This document shows positions 40,320-51,313 of a stretch of 64,000 bases of DNA, piece by piece. Both the position numbers and the translations under genes were made by a program. How positions within the stretch are numbered: the first letter of the stretch is position 1; each line of letters begins with the position of its first letter. This DNA is from an uncultured Methylophaga sp. (GTDB taxonomy: Bacteria; Pseudomonadota; Gammaproteobacteria; GCF-002020875), in assembly GCA_937877715.1 (NCBI GenBank), contig CALEHW010000023.1, positions 21,290 to 85,289 on the forward strand, in the 5' to 3' direction. A model generated the notes under the pieces. It saw only the letters and a program-made list of their open reading frames with translations. It had not been told where the DNA came from and searched no databases.

Positions 40320-42278
40320 TTATCCGGCAAGGGTCTGCAGTAATCCATTAAGACGTTTGGTAAAGCTTGCCGGGTCATCAAGCTGACCTCCCTCCGCCAA
40401 CAGCGACTGATCAAAGAGGATTCTGGTCCAGTCGGCAAAACGCTCCTCATCGGCTTCATTCTGCAGGCGCTCCACAAGTGGATGCTCTACATTGATCTCC
40501 ATCACACGCTTGGATGACGGAACCTCCTGCCCCATGCTCTTCATGATGCGCTCCATATTGGCATCCATGGCACCAGAATTAGCAACCAGGCAGGCCGGGG
40601 AGTCAGTCAGACGATGGCTGACACGAATATCCTCAACCTCCTCTCCCAGCACACCCTTCATCTGGTCGATCAGGCCCTTGAAGCTCTCCTCTTCCTTCTT
40701 CTGCTCCTTCTTCTCCTCCTTGTCATCCATCTCACCAAGATCAAGATCACCCTGAGTTACAGATTCCAAAGACTTGCCGTCAAACTCACGCAGGTGGTTT
40801 ACCACCCACTCATCGACATGATCACTAAGCAGCAGAACTTCGATTCTCTTCTTGCGGAAGACCTCAAGATGAGGACTATTCTTGGCCGCATTATAGGTCT
40901 CAGCAGTGATGAAGTAGATCTTATCCTGACCATCCTTCATCCGCTCCACGTAAGTCTCAAGCGAGACATCCTGAGTCGCACTCTCACTCTCGGAAGTAGC
41001 AAAGCGACAGAGCTTGGCAATGCGCTCCTGGTTGGAGGTGTCCTCAATCAGACCCTCCTTGAATACAGGACCAAACTCACTCCAGAACTTGGCATACTCT
41101 TCCTCACCCTTCTTGGCGATCCCATCCAGCAGACCAAGGACCTTCTTGACCGAGCCCTTGCTGATCTGGTCCACCACCTTACTGCTCTGCAGCAACTCAC
41201 GAGATACATTCAGAGGAAGGTCATTAGAATCAACTACTCCCCTAATAAACCTAAGGTAAGTTGGCATTAGTTTTTCGGTATCCTCCATGATGAATACGCG
41301 ACGCACATAGAGCTTGATGCCGTGGGCACGTTCACGATCATTGAGGTCAAATGGGGCCTTTGAGGGAACATAAAGCAGCTGGGTATATTCAAGATTACCC
41401 TCTACCCGAGCATGCACCCACTCCATTGGATCCTGCCAGTCATGACCAACACTTTTGTAGAACTCTTTGTACTCCTCGTCACTGATTTCGTTGCGATTCA
41501 TCGACCAGAGTGCAGTTGCCTTGTTGACCTGTTCCCACGGCTCCATCTCTTTTGGCTCTTCACCCTCCTCTGCAGGAGGTGGTGCATCCGGCTCCATCAT
41601 GATTGGCAGGGTAATATGTTCTGAGTATTTATGAACCAGCGACTTTAGCTTCCAGTTATCGAGGAATTCCCCCTCATCCTCACGCAGGTGGAGGGTAATA
41701 CGGGTACCACGACGCTCCTTCTTAATAGTCTCCAGGGTGTAGTCCCCCTCACCACCCGACTCCCAGCGCACTCCATGTTCTGAGGTGAGGCCGGCACGGC
41801 GAGTCTCGACTGTTACCTTGTCGGCAACAATAAATGAGGAGTAGAAGCCAACACCAAACTGACCAATCAGATGTGAATCCTGCTGCTGATCTCCGGTCAG
41901 CTTCTCGAAGAATGACTTGGTGCCAGAGCGGGCGATGGTACCGATATTCTCCATCACCTCCTGACGATTCATGCCAATACCATTGTCCTCGATGGTGAGG
42001 GTCTTGGCATCCTTGTCTACCGTAATCTCAACCTGCAGATCAGGATTATCCTCATAGAGCGCATCATCAGAGAGCGCTTCAAAACGTAGCTTGTCGCAAG
42101 CATCTGCCCCATTGGAGACCAGCTCTCTGAGAAAGATCTCCTTGTTACTGTACAGTGAATTAATTACTAGCTTAAGTAGCTGCTTGACCTCAGCCTGAAA
42201 CCCCATGGTCTCCTTGTGCGCTTCCGTTTTTGTCTCTGTAACCATTTCCTTTTCTACTCCATTAGCGTTTATTTTCAA
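40320..42278 (-). CDS. htpG: Molecular chaperone HtpG (Hsp90).
   Basis: 652 aa. FQAEVKQLLKLVINSLYSNKEIFLRELVSNGADACDKLR is the canonical HtpG N-terminus. Confidence 0.95.
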   Translation of the reverse strand: MKINANGVEKEMVTETKTEAHKETMGFQAEVKQLLKLVINSLYSNKEIFLRELVSNGADACDKLRFEALSDDALYEDNPDLQVEITVDKDAKTLTIEDNGIGMNRQEVMENIGTIARSGTKSFFEKLTGDQQQDSHLIGQFGVGFYSSFIVADKVTVETRRAGLTSEHGVRWESGGEGDYTLETIKKERRGTRITLHLREDEGEFLDNWKLKSLVHKYSEHITLPIMMEPDAPPPAEEGEEPKEMEPWEQVNKATALWSMNRNEISDEEYKEFYKSVGHDWQDPMEWVHARVEGNLEYTQLLYVPSKAPFDLNDRERAHGIKLYVRRVFIMEDTEKLMPTYLRFIRGVVDSNDLPLNVSRELLQSSKVVDQISKGSVKKVLGLLDGIAKKGEEEYAKFWSEFGPVFKEGLIEDTSNQERIAKLCRFATSESESATQDVSLETYVERMKDGQDKIYFITAETYNAAKNSPHLEVFRKKRIEVLLLSDHVDEWVVNHLREFDGKSLESVTQGDLDLGEMDDKEEKKEQKKEEESFKGLIDQMKGVLGEEVEDIRVSHRLTDSPACLVANSGAMDANMERIMKSMGQEVPSSKRVMEINVEHPLVERLQNEADEERFADWTRILFDQSLLAEGGQLDDPASFTKRLNGLLQTLAG

Positions 42279-42348
42279 CTGGATAATTGAATAAGTTGAA
42301 CTTAAATGTTTTTCTTTAGTGGTGATACCAATGATCTCCCTCTCTCTT

Positions 42349-42376
42349 CATGGGGGCAACCAAGGCTATTTTCAAC
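42349..42376 (-). promoter_or_regulatory. Sigma-32 type promoter for htpG.
   Basis: Minus strand reads GTTGAAA-N14-CCCCCATGA about 25 nt upstream of the htpG ATG. Confidence 0.55.
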
Positions 42377-42384
42377 CCCTGTTA

Positions 42385-42879
42385 TTACCCTTTCTGCAGA
42401 TCTTTTGCGAACCGATAACCACTCTCAAGACAGTGCCTCAGCCAGTGGCTTAGGAAGAGGTTGAGGCGCCAGCGGGCATCCAGATTTTCCATCCCCTCAT
42501 CCACAAGAGAGAGAAACGTAAGCAGTGATTCACCCCGGCTCATTGACAGCACCTCACCCTGCTGACTGTCATGATAAAGACGAATCCGTGCCGAGGGCTC
42601 CTCCTCATGACCAGACTCCTGTCTGAATCGGTGAGTCAGAACCATGGTGGTGGTATAGGGGCTCTCCTCCACAATAGTCAGAAAGAGTGGGAACTCCCCC
42701 TCTGCAATCAAGTCCTGTCTGCAAGGCAATGAGCGTACATCTGGGGCAAGCTGAAAGAAGAGGTCAAAGTTCTCCTCATATAGTGCCATCAAACTCTTTA
42801 GATCATGGCACAGCAGCTTCCTGAGAAACCGCGGTTTCTCGAGGACTCTGCTCTCTTTTACGACTGCCTGCAACATCAC
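42385..42879 (-). CDS. DUF1249 family protein (YqiB-like).
   Basis: 164-aa ORF. Recognised by overall similarity only. Confidence 0.5.
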   Translation of the reverse strand: MMLQAVVKESRVLEKPRFLRKLLCHDLKSLMALYEENFDLFFQLAPDVRSLPCRQDLIAEGEFPLFLTIVEESPYTTTMVLTHRFRQESGHEEEPSARIRLYHDSQQGEVLSMSRGESLLTFLSLVDEGMENLDARWRLNLFLSHWLRHCLESGYRFAKDLQKG

Positions 42880-43033
42880 GCTATTCTACCACTCCCTGCG
42901 CAGACGCTCCCGGTTTGCCGTCAGCCATTGCAGGGCAATAATTGGGGTTGCGGAGTTGATCTCCCCACGCTCGAAAAGCTCCTGTGACATAACCTGTCAG
43001 CAGATATTAACCCATGGTAAAATTCTCCGCCTT

Positions 43034-43110
43034 CTCCCCGTGGCACAACTGGATAGCGCGTGCCCCTCCTAAGGGCAAGGTTACAGGTTCGACCCCTGTC
43101 GGGGAGGCCA
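43034..43110 (+). tRNA. tRNA-Arg (anticodon CCT).
   Basis: Acceptor stem CTCCCCG/CGGGGAG. Anticodon arm TGCCC-CTCCTAA-GGGCA. T-arm ACAGG-TTCGACC-CCTGT. Discriminator G. CCA encoded. Confidence 0.85.
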
Positions 43111-43165
43111 TACAGAGAAAAGAACAGGCTTGTGGTTGGTCTGCTTACCAGCCTAAACGGCAGGA

Positions 43166-43627
43166 CTATTCACTTGCGCAGGCGTCGGCAATTGACTCCT
43201 TGAAGATGGCCTTGTGCACATCACCAAGACTCATCATGCCAAGCAGTTTGTCGCCATCAATTACTGGGATGCGACGGAAGCGATGGCGCACCATGACTGA
43301 GGTTGCCTTGAGAATCGGCATATCCTCTGTCACCCCGATCACCCCAGTTGTCATTAGATCACTGACCTTCAGCCCCAGCACCTGGGAATATTCCTGCTCC
43401 ATGTCCTCGAAATCAATGGTTCGACCTGCATCCATTACCTCCTCCAACGATGGAAACATATGGTGCAGCACATCCTTTTCAGCAATAAAACCCATCAATT
43501 TATCATTATCATCCAATACTGGCAGACCACTAACACGATAGAGTGTCATCGCAGAGACCACCTCGCGCATCGGAGTATCTGGCTTAACGGTACGGATGTG
43601 ACGGGTCATTATATCTTTTACTAGCAT
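43166..43627 (-). CDS. CBS-domain pair protein.
   Basis: 153 aa. VKDIMTRHIRTV ... GLPVLDDNDKLMGFIAEKDVL are typical CBS repeats. Confidence 0.75.
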   Translation of the reverse strand: MLVKDIMTRHIRTVKPDTPMREVVSAMTLYRVSGLPVLDDNDKLMGFIAEKDVLHHMFPSLEEVMDAGRTIDFEDMEQEYSQVLGLKVSDLMTTGVIGVTEDMPILKATSVMVRHRFRRIPVIDGDKLLGMMSLGDVHKAIFKESIADACASE

Positions 43628-43632
43628 GGATC

Positions 43633-44031
43633 TTATCCTCCTGAATTATTGTTACTTTCTGTCACTTCGGCCTGCTTTCTAATAGCGTCATTGTGTTCTT
43701 TGAAACCCGCATGAACCGCTTCGGTAAGCTCTTTCTGTTCGTTCAGTTTACCTCGTTCCAAAGCAAAGGCAACAGCAACCTCAACAATGAAAAGGTGATC
43801 CATGGTCAATCGTGGGGGCTCTTTATCACCCCCATCATCTTCCGCCAACTTGTTGTCAGGCTCATCCTGTGAATAGACTTGCAACAGACCATTGAGAAGG
43901 TCATAGACCTCCCCCACCTTTTTAAACTCAGAGGCATGGTATGCACCATTTAGGCTAGCCATCCCGATCAACCGCAGTGCAGCAACAAAATACTCGTCAG
44001 GAATGGTTGGTACCTCAAATTTCTCACTCAT
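43633..44031 (-). CDS. Hypothetical protein.
   Basis: 132-aa ORF between cysG and the CBS gene on the same strand. No motif recognised. Confidence 0.4.
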   Translation of the reverse strand: MSEKFEVPTIPDEYFVAALRLIGMASLNGAYHASEFKKVGEVYDLLNGLLQVYSQDEPDNKLAEDDGGDKEPPRLTMDHLFIVEVAVAFALERGKLNEQKELTEAVHAGFKEHNDAIRKQAEVTESNNNSGG

Positions 44032-44050
44032 AATAAAGCCTATGAATTAA

Positions 44051-45475
44051 TCAGAAGACACGCGGCTCACTGCTACGGCGCTCATCTGGCTGGAACCAGT
44101 CAAGACTGTCATGGAGGGTGACCACACTACCAATAATGATCAAGGTTGGTGGCTTGATTTTTGACTCAGAGACAATCTCCGGTAGCGTTACTAGAGTCCC
44201 GATATACTCCTTCTGGTCAGGGGTAGTCCCCTTTTGTACCAGTGCTGCTGGAGTATTGGGATCCATCCCATGCTCAATCAATTTGGCAGTAATGATCTCA
44301 ATACCCTTAAGCCCCATATAGAAGACAATAGTCTGTCCAGGATGGGCCAATGCATCCCAATTAAGATCTGAGGTTCCATCCTTTAGATGGCCAGTTGCAA
44401 AGGTAACGGACTGGGCATGATCCCTATGCGTCAGTGGTATCCCTGCATATGAGGAGATCCCGGATGCTGCGGTAATTCCTGGCACCACCTGGAAAGGAAC
44501 ACCCATCTCTGCCAACAGCTCAATCTCTTCACCACCACGCCCAAAGATAAATGGATCCCCTCCCTTGAGACGCAACACCCTTTTTCCCTCGCCAGCAAGA
44601 TGCGCCAACAACCGATTGATCTCATCCTGTGGCACAGAGTGGTTATTGTTTTCCTTGCCAACATAGATCCGTTCCGCATCGCGACGCGTTAGATCCAGTA
44701 CTGCAGGTGAGATCAGGCGGTCATAAACCACAACATCAGCCTGCTGCATCAGACGCAGGGCCCGGAAGGTAAGCAAATCTGGGTCACCAGGGCCTCCTCC
44801 TACCAGATAGACCTCACCTTGATTGAGATCATCGCCTTCCTTGCTAGAGCAGAGATCAACCATCTCATTCAGTGTCTGCTCAGCCTCTTCCTCACGCCCC
44901 GAGAATATCATCTCGGCAATAGGGCCTTGGAATGCCTTCTCCCAAAAGAGGCGGCGCTGTTTTGGTTGAATTCTTTCTTTGACCTTACCTCGGAAACGGG
45001 CTGCCAATTCTGCCAACTTGCCATAGGCAGATGGAATCATCGATTCCAGTCGTGCGCGAATCAATCTGGCCAGTACCGGGGATGCACCACCCGTGGAAAT
45101 CGCAGCCACAACCGGAGAGCGATCAATAATAGATGGGGTAATAAAGGTACAGAGATCCGGAGTATCAACCACATTTACAGGTATATTCCTCTCTCTCGCC
45201 AGATCAGAGACCTGTTGATTCACCTCATTCTGATCGGTGGCCGCATAGAGCAGAACGTGATCAGCTACCATATCGGGTTGAAACTCCCCCTGGATCCACT
45301 GAACCTCTCCACTCTCATGAAAAATCTCCATGGTCGACCCAAGCCTTGGGGAGACTACCTCAACGGCTGCATTCGCTCGTAACAGCAGCTGAACCTTGCG
45401 TGCTGCGACCTCACCACCACCAACAACCAGGCAACGACGCCCCTGTACATCAAGAAAAATTGGTAAATAATCCAT
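44051..45475 (-). CDS. cysG: Siroheme synthase (multifunctional CysG).
   Basis: 474 aa. N-terminal [27 protein letters not shown] (precorrin-2 dehydrogenase). C-terminal SUMT methyltransferase domain. Confidence 0.9.
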   Translation of the reverse strand: MDYLPIFLDVQGRRCLVVGGGEVAARKVQLLLRANAAVEVVSPRLGSTMEIFHESGEVQWIQGEFQPDMVADHVLLYAATDQNEVNQQVSDLARERNIPVNVVDTPDLCTFITPSIIDRSPVVAAISTGGASPVLARLIRARLESMIPSAYGKLAELAARFRGKVKERIQPKQRRLFWEKAFQGPIAEMIFSGREEEAEQTLNEMVDLCSSKEGDDLNQGEVYLVGGGPGDPDLLTFRALRLMQQADVVVYDRLISPAVLDLTRRDAERIYVGKENNNHSVPQDEINRLLAHLAGEGKRVLRLKGGDPFIFGRGGEEIELLAEMGVPFQVVPGITAASGISSYAGIPLTHRDHAQSVTFATGHLKDGTSDLNWDALAHPGQTIVFYMGLKGIEIITAKLIEHGMDPNTPAALVQKGTTPDQKEYIGTLVTLPEIVSESKIKPPTLIIIGSVVTLHDSLDWFQPDERRSSEPRVF

Positions 45476-45481
45476 AATTAA

Positions 45482-46819
<1,338 letters not shown>

Positions 46820-46862
46820 TTATTCACTCATCAACCGTTCTGCGTACCAATAGACCATATGA

Positions 46863-47240
46863 CTACCCCCACGATATTCTACCGACAATTACACCCAACC
46901 AGGCAGCACCAACACAGACCACTACACTGCCCACCATATTCAATACTGCCCGCACTACCTCGCCACCCTCCAGCAGATTCAGCGTCTCCATCGAGAATGC
47001 GGAAAATGTGGTAAAGGCCCCGAGAAACCCGATCAACAGAAAGGCACGCCACTGTGGCCCCAGAGCCAACCGCTCGGTCAACAGTACAAACAGCAGCCCC
47101 ATCACCAGAGATCCCAGCACATTGACGGTCATGGTTCCCCACGGAAAACCACGCCCCAACCAGCCATAGATTCCGTTGGAGACCAGATAACGCATTACGG
47201 CACCCAAGGCACCTCCTGCGGCAATTGCGATCAGTTGCAT
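46863..47240 (-). CDS. crcB: Fluoride ion channel CrcB/FluC.
   Basis: 125 aa. GGALGAVMRY...GTMTVNVLGSLVMG. Confidence 0.9.
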   Translation of the reverse strand: MQLIAIAAGGALGAVMRYLVSNGIYGWLGRGFPWGTMTVNVLGSLVMGLLFVLLTERLALGPQWRAFLLIGFLGAFTTFSAFSMETLNLLEGGEVVRAVLNMVGSVVVCVGAAWLGVIVGRISWG

Positions 47241-47497
47241 AGCTGCGGATTATACATCACTGTGGGCGGGTTCCATCACTCTCTGGGAGTGATCTCTTGC
47301 AGAGAGCCTTAATAGCTTCTGTTGGTGAAAATACGTAGTTCTACGTATTGCCATTATTGGTGATCCCGGTAGGATTTCAGGTGGGCGGAGTGGCCTGTAT
47401 GATGAGATAAAACTCTGCTGTCAAGTCACTCTGGTCCACTAAATCATCCCATCAATCCTTGTGCGCTACAGTAATCAGTCGCCCAACAGGCGCCTGC

Positions 47498-49177
47498 TCA
47501 GATCAGCTGACTTCTCTCACTAATCTCATGATTGAGGATGCGATCATTCTCACTATAGTCAACAGGAACCTCAACCAGATGGACACCAGGGGTCTGAAAG
47601 CAGTTCTCGATAATCTGTACCAGTGAGTCGACACACGCTACCCGGTGACCCTGCGCCCCATAACTTCTGGCATAGAGGACAAAATCGGGGTTTCCATAGT
47701 CCAGTCCAAAATCCTCAAAGCCCATGTTGCTCTGCTTCCACTTGATCATCCCGTAGGCATCATCGCGCAGCACCAGCACCACAAGGTCAAGTTTCAACCG
47801 CACCGCAGTCTCCAGCTCCTGGGAGTTCATCATAAAACCGCCATCACCACAGATCGCCATCACCTTCTTGTGGGGGAAGACAATTTTTGCGGCAATCGCC
47901 GATGGCAGGCCGGCCCCCATGGTGGCAAGGGCGTTATCCAGCAGCACGGTATTAGACCGATAAGCAAGATAGTTTCTGGCAAACCAGATCTTGTAGACCC
48001 CGTTATCCAGAGTAATTATCCCATCCTCCGGCATCACCATCCTGATGTCAGCTACCAGACGCTGTGGATAGACCGGGAAACGGGGATCATCTGACCCCTC
48101 AAGCAGATGGGCATCAAGACTGACTTTCACATCCATCACCCGGGAGAAATCCCAGCCATCCTGTGGCTTGATTTGGCTGGTGATTCTGGTAAGGGTGTTG
48201 GCAATATCCCCGATAACCCCAAGTTGCGGATGGTATATCGGGTCCACCGCAGCGGTCAGATAGTTGATATGGATGACCGTCGGCCTCTCCTTCTGCATGA
48301 AGAATGGTGGCTTCTCCACCACATCATGGCCTACGTTGATTATCAGGTCGGAGGCCTCAACTGCACGATGGAGGAAGTCATCTGCTGAGAGCGAGGCACA
48401 CCCCAGGAAGCAATGACAGCGCTCATCAACCACCCCCTTCCCCATCTGGGTAGAGAAAAACGGGATGCCAGTCTTGTCGATAAACCTGGTCAGACTCTTG
48501 CTAGTACGTTTACGGTTGGCGCCAGCCCCCACCAGAATCAGCGGGCAGGACGCCTTTTCAATCATCTCTACTGCCATTGAGAGCGACATAACATCGGCAT
48601 CGGGGCGCCGAAACAGGCTCTTGCGAATCAGTGGGGCATCCGTATCCTCACGGGCAATATCCTCCGGCAGCTCCAGATGGGCCGCCCCCGGACGCTCATT
48701 CTCCGCCTGTCGAAAGGCCTCTCGAACCCGGGTTGGAATATTCCCCGCACTCAGAATCTGGTGGGTGGTCTTGGTTAACGGGTGCATCATGTCGACGATA
48801 TCAACGATCTGAAAGTGGCCCTGCTTGCTACTGCGGATCGGCTTCTGCCCGGTTATCATCAGCATCGGCATCGCCCCAAGCTGGGCATAGGCAGCAGCTG
48901 TTACCAGATTGGTGGCGCCAGGACCAAGAGTGGAGAGACAGACTCCTGCCTTTCCTGTAAGTCGGCCATAGGTGGCTGCCATGAAGCCGGCAGCCTGCTC
49001 GTGGCGGGTCAGAATCAGCCTGATCGATGAACCCTTGAGGGCATTGAGAAAATCGAGATTCTCCTCTCCCGGAATCCCGAAGATGTACTCAACCTCCTCA
49101 GCCTCCAGGGCTTTAACAAACAGTGCAGCTGCCTTCATCAACCCCCCCTTTCTACCACTCCCGTCTTTTGACACCAT
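47498..49177 (-). CDS. TPP-dependent enzyme of the acetolactate synthase family (AlsS-like; no regulatory subunit adjacent).
   Basis: 559 aa. FGIPGEENLDFLNAL, TRHEQAAGFMAATYGRLTGKAGVCLSTLGPGATN. Central FAD/TPP domains. Confidence 0.7.
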   Translation of the reverse strand: MVSKDGSGRKGGLMKAAALFVKALEAEEVEYIFGIPGEENLDFLNALKGSSIRLILTRHEQAAGFMAATYGRLTGKAGVCLSTLGPGATNLVTAAAYAQLGAMPMLMITGQKPIRSSKQGHFQIVDIVDMMHPLTKTTHQILSAGNIPTRVREAFRQAENERPGAAHLELPEDIAREDTDAPLIRKSLFRRPDADVMSLSMAVEMIEKASCPLILVGAGANRKRTSKSLTRFIDKTGIPFFSTQMGKGVVDERCHCFLGCASLSADDFLHRAVEASDLIINVGHDVVEKPPFFMQKERPTVIHINYLTAAVDPIYHPQLGVIGDIANTLTRITSQIKPQDGWDFSRVMDVKVSLDAHLLEGSDDPRFPVYPQRLVADIRMVMPEDGIITLDNGVYKIWFARNYLAYRSNTVLLDNALATMGAGLPSAIAAKIVFPHKKVMAICGDGGFMMNSQELETAVRLKLDLVVLVLRDDAYGMIKWKQSNMGFEDFGLDYGNPDFVLYARSYGAQGHRVACVDSLVQIIENCFQTPGVHLVEVPVDYSENDRILNHEISERSQLI

Positions 49178-49371
49178 ACTCCACTCGGATAAAAAGACAA
49201 TTACTATTACATTTTTACATTTCCAGTTTTCTAAAAAAGATCCTGGTACTGCCCATACCCCTCATCCACCAACTTATCACTGGGGATAGTTTGTGATCTT
49301 CTTGCTCAATACTGGTGACTCCTCTAACGCCTATGACCACAGTAAAGGGTGAGAAGTTTCAAAAACCGTTG

Positions 49372-50697
49372 CTATATCTTTTTACCAGCCTCCCAATCTA
49401 GAGAACGCAGATACTTCAGCCTCTCCCCAATCTTGATCTCCATTCCCCGCTCCACCGGATGATAGTACCGCTGCTCCCCCAACTCATCAGGGAAATAAGT
49501 CTCACCGGCCGCATACCCATCCGGCTCGTCATGGGCATAACGATAGTCATGACCATAACCTAACTCCTTCATTACCTTTGTTGGGGCATTACGCAGATGA
49601 ACTGGGACCTCTGCCGACCCCCCTGCCCTCACGTCTGCCAATACACTATTCCACGCCTTGTAGACGGCATTACTCTTGGGTGCAACCGCCAGGTAGACAA
49701 TGGCCTGGGCAATGGCAAGCTCCCCTTCTGGGCTACCCAGCCGTTCATAGGTATCCCATGCGCTCAGGGTAATCTGCAGGGCCCGCGGATCTGCATTGCC
49801 GATATCCTCACTGGCCATCCGCACCACCCGCCGCACCACATAGAGCGGGTCGGCACCTCCGTCGATCATCCGTGCAAACCAGTAGAGAGCCGCATCCGGG
49901 TTGGATCCCCTGACCGACTTGTGAAGGGCGGAGATCTGCTCATAGAAGGCATCTCCCCCCTTGTCGAAACGACGGGAGCCTTCGGCGATTACCGTAGCAA
50001 TCTCCTCTTTGGAGATAACCTTCTGCTCCCCCTGCTGATCAGTAATCTCTGATACGATCTCCAGAATGTTGAGGGCACGACGTGCATCCCCATCAGCAGC
50101 TGAGATAATCTGCCCCATCCCCTCTGCCGAAAGAACCAGATTCTCTCTCCCCAATCCGGACTCACTAGAGCTTAGTGCCTGGTTGATAATGTCCTCGATA
50201 GCCTCATCAGTAAGCGGCTTCAATCGGTAGAGGCGTGCCCTGGAGAGTAGAGCATTGTTGAGCTCAAAGGATGGATTTTCAGTGGTTGCCCCGATAAAGA
50301 TGAAGGTGCCATCTTCCACATGGGGAAGAAATGCATCCTGCTGACTCTTGTTGAAACGGTGCACCTCATCGACAAAAAGGAGTGTACTCTGCCCCAGTTT
50401 ATGAGATTGTTTAGCCTGTTCAATGGCTGCACGAATCTCCCTAACCCCAGAGAGCACCGCGGAGATGGAGAGAAAATTCGCATTGGAGTGGCTGGCGATC
50501 AGTCGTGCCAAGGTGGTCTTGCCTGTGCCGGGCGGCCCCCAGAAGAGCATAGAGTGGAGATGGCCGCTCTCGATAACTCTGCGCAGTGGTTTCCCCTCTC
50601 CCAGCAAATGCTCCTGCCCCATGAATGCCTCCAGCGTATCTGGACGCATACGCTCTGCTAATGGCGTAGCCACAACAGTGGTCTCATGGCAGATCAC
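49372..50697 (-). CDS. rarA: Replication-associated recombination protein A (AAA+ RarA/MgsA).
   Basis: 441 aa. [18 protein letters not shown]. Confidence 0.9.
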   Translation of the reverse strand: MICHETTVVATPLAERMRPDTLEAFMGQEHLLGEGKPLRRVIESGHLHSMLFWGPPGTGKTTLARLIASHSNANFLSISAVLSGVREIRAAIEQAKQSHKLGQSTLLFVDEVHRFNKSQQDAFLPHVEDGTFIFIGATTENPSFELNNALLSRARLYRLKPLTDEAIEDIINQALSSSESGLGRENLVLSAEGMGQIISAADGDARRALNILEIVSEITDQQGEQKVISKEEIATVIAEGSRRFDKGGDAFYEQISALHKSVRGSNPDAALYWFARMIDGGADPLYVVRRVVRMASEDIGNADPRALQITLSAWDTYERLGSPEGELAIAQAIVYLAVAPKSNAVYKAWNSVLADVRAGGSAEVPVHLRNAPTKVMKELGYGHDYRYAHDEPDGYAAGETYFPDELGEQRYYHPVERGMEIKIGERLKYLRSLDWEAGKKI

Positions 50698-51313
50698 CTA
50701 CAACATCAACACCATCAGGTGGGGTAAACATAAAGTTGTGTTCAGGAATTGATGGATTGAAGAGTAGGTCCTGCAGCTCAATTCTGGTTCTCTGCCCAAG
50801 GCTGTCCTCTACATCAATCACTTTCAGGCCATCATCATCCATTGCCACCAGCAGGCGTTCATATCCACCATTCTGTTTCTTTGGGATAAGATCAGCCCAC
50901 TCATAGCCACCCTTGTTACCAACTGGGTAAATTATAAATTGCTCACTCAGTGATCCCCGTCTGGTAAGTAGTGATGCCGGGGTATTGGTGAGAGAGTTCT
51001 TCTGACGACGCACAGTTACCTGATCCAGGTCTGGATCATAAATCCATATTCTCGTCCCATCCCCAACAATCTGCTGAACAAACGGTGTTACTGTCTGCCA
51101 GCGAAACTTTCCTGAGCGCTGGACTAGCAGGGTTCCATAACTCTCCTCAACCATCCGTCCATAGCTATCTCTGACCTGCTGGTGAAACCCACCCTGCAGG
51201 CTACTCATCTCTGAGAAATAGTGATCCAGACGGTCAGGCAGATCTGCACTGCCCATAACCATGGTGGGAACAAGAAACAGCAGCCATGAGATATTTTTCA
51301 GCAACTCAATCAA
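50684..51313 (-). CDS. lolA: Outer-membrane lipoprotein carrier protein LolA.
   Basis: 209 aa with a signal peptide. Conserved position between ftsK and rarA. Confidence 0.8.
   Translation of the reverse strand: MIELLKNISWLLFLVPTMVMGSADLPDRLDHYFSEMSSLQGGFHQQVRDSYGRMVEESYGTLLVQRSGKFRWQTVTPFVQQIVGDGTRIWIYDPDLDQVTVRRQKNSLTNTPASLLTRRGSLSEQFIIYPVGNKGGYEWADLIPKKQNGGYERLLVAMDDDGLKVIDVEDSLGQRTRIELQDLLFNPSIPEHNFMFTPPDGVDVVGDLP

Noticed and set aside
40614-41270. 218-aa + strand ORF. Similar ORFs at 39097-39753, 33011-33598 and 47645-48094.
   Set aside because: All lie antisense within htpG, dacB, the yheS-like ABC-F gene and the ALS-like gene respectively. Products are repetitive and low-complexity with no motifs.
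43014-43541. 175-aa + strand ORF from the six-frame track.
   Set aside because: It overlaps the well-formed tRNA-Arg(CCT) gene and is antisense to the CBS-domain gene. No RBS and no sensible protein features.
47241-47420. Fluoride riboswitch (crcB motif) expected upstream of crcB.
   Set aside because: On the coding strand I see two partial resemblances: GUGAUGGAACCCGCCCA...GUGAUG just before the ATG, and CUCCGCCCACCUGAAAUCCUAC further upstream. Neither has the complete GGCGAUGG...CGCC...AACCGCC...CUGAUGAU.CCUAC architecture with a P3 hairpin. A cmsearch with Rfam RF01734 is needed. I do not call it.
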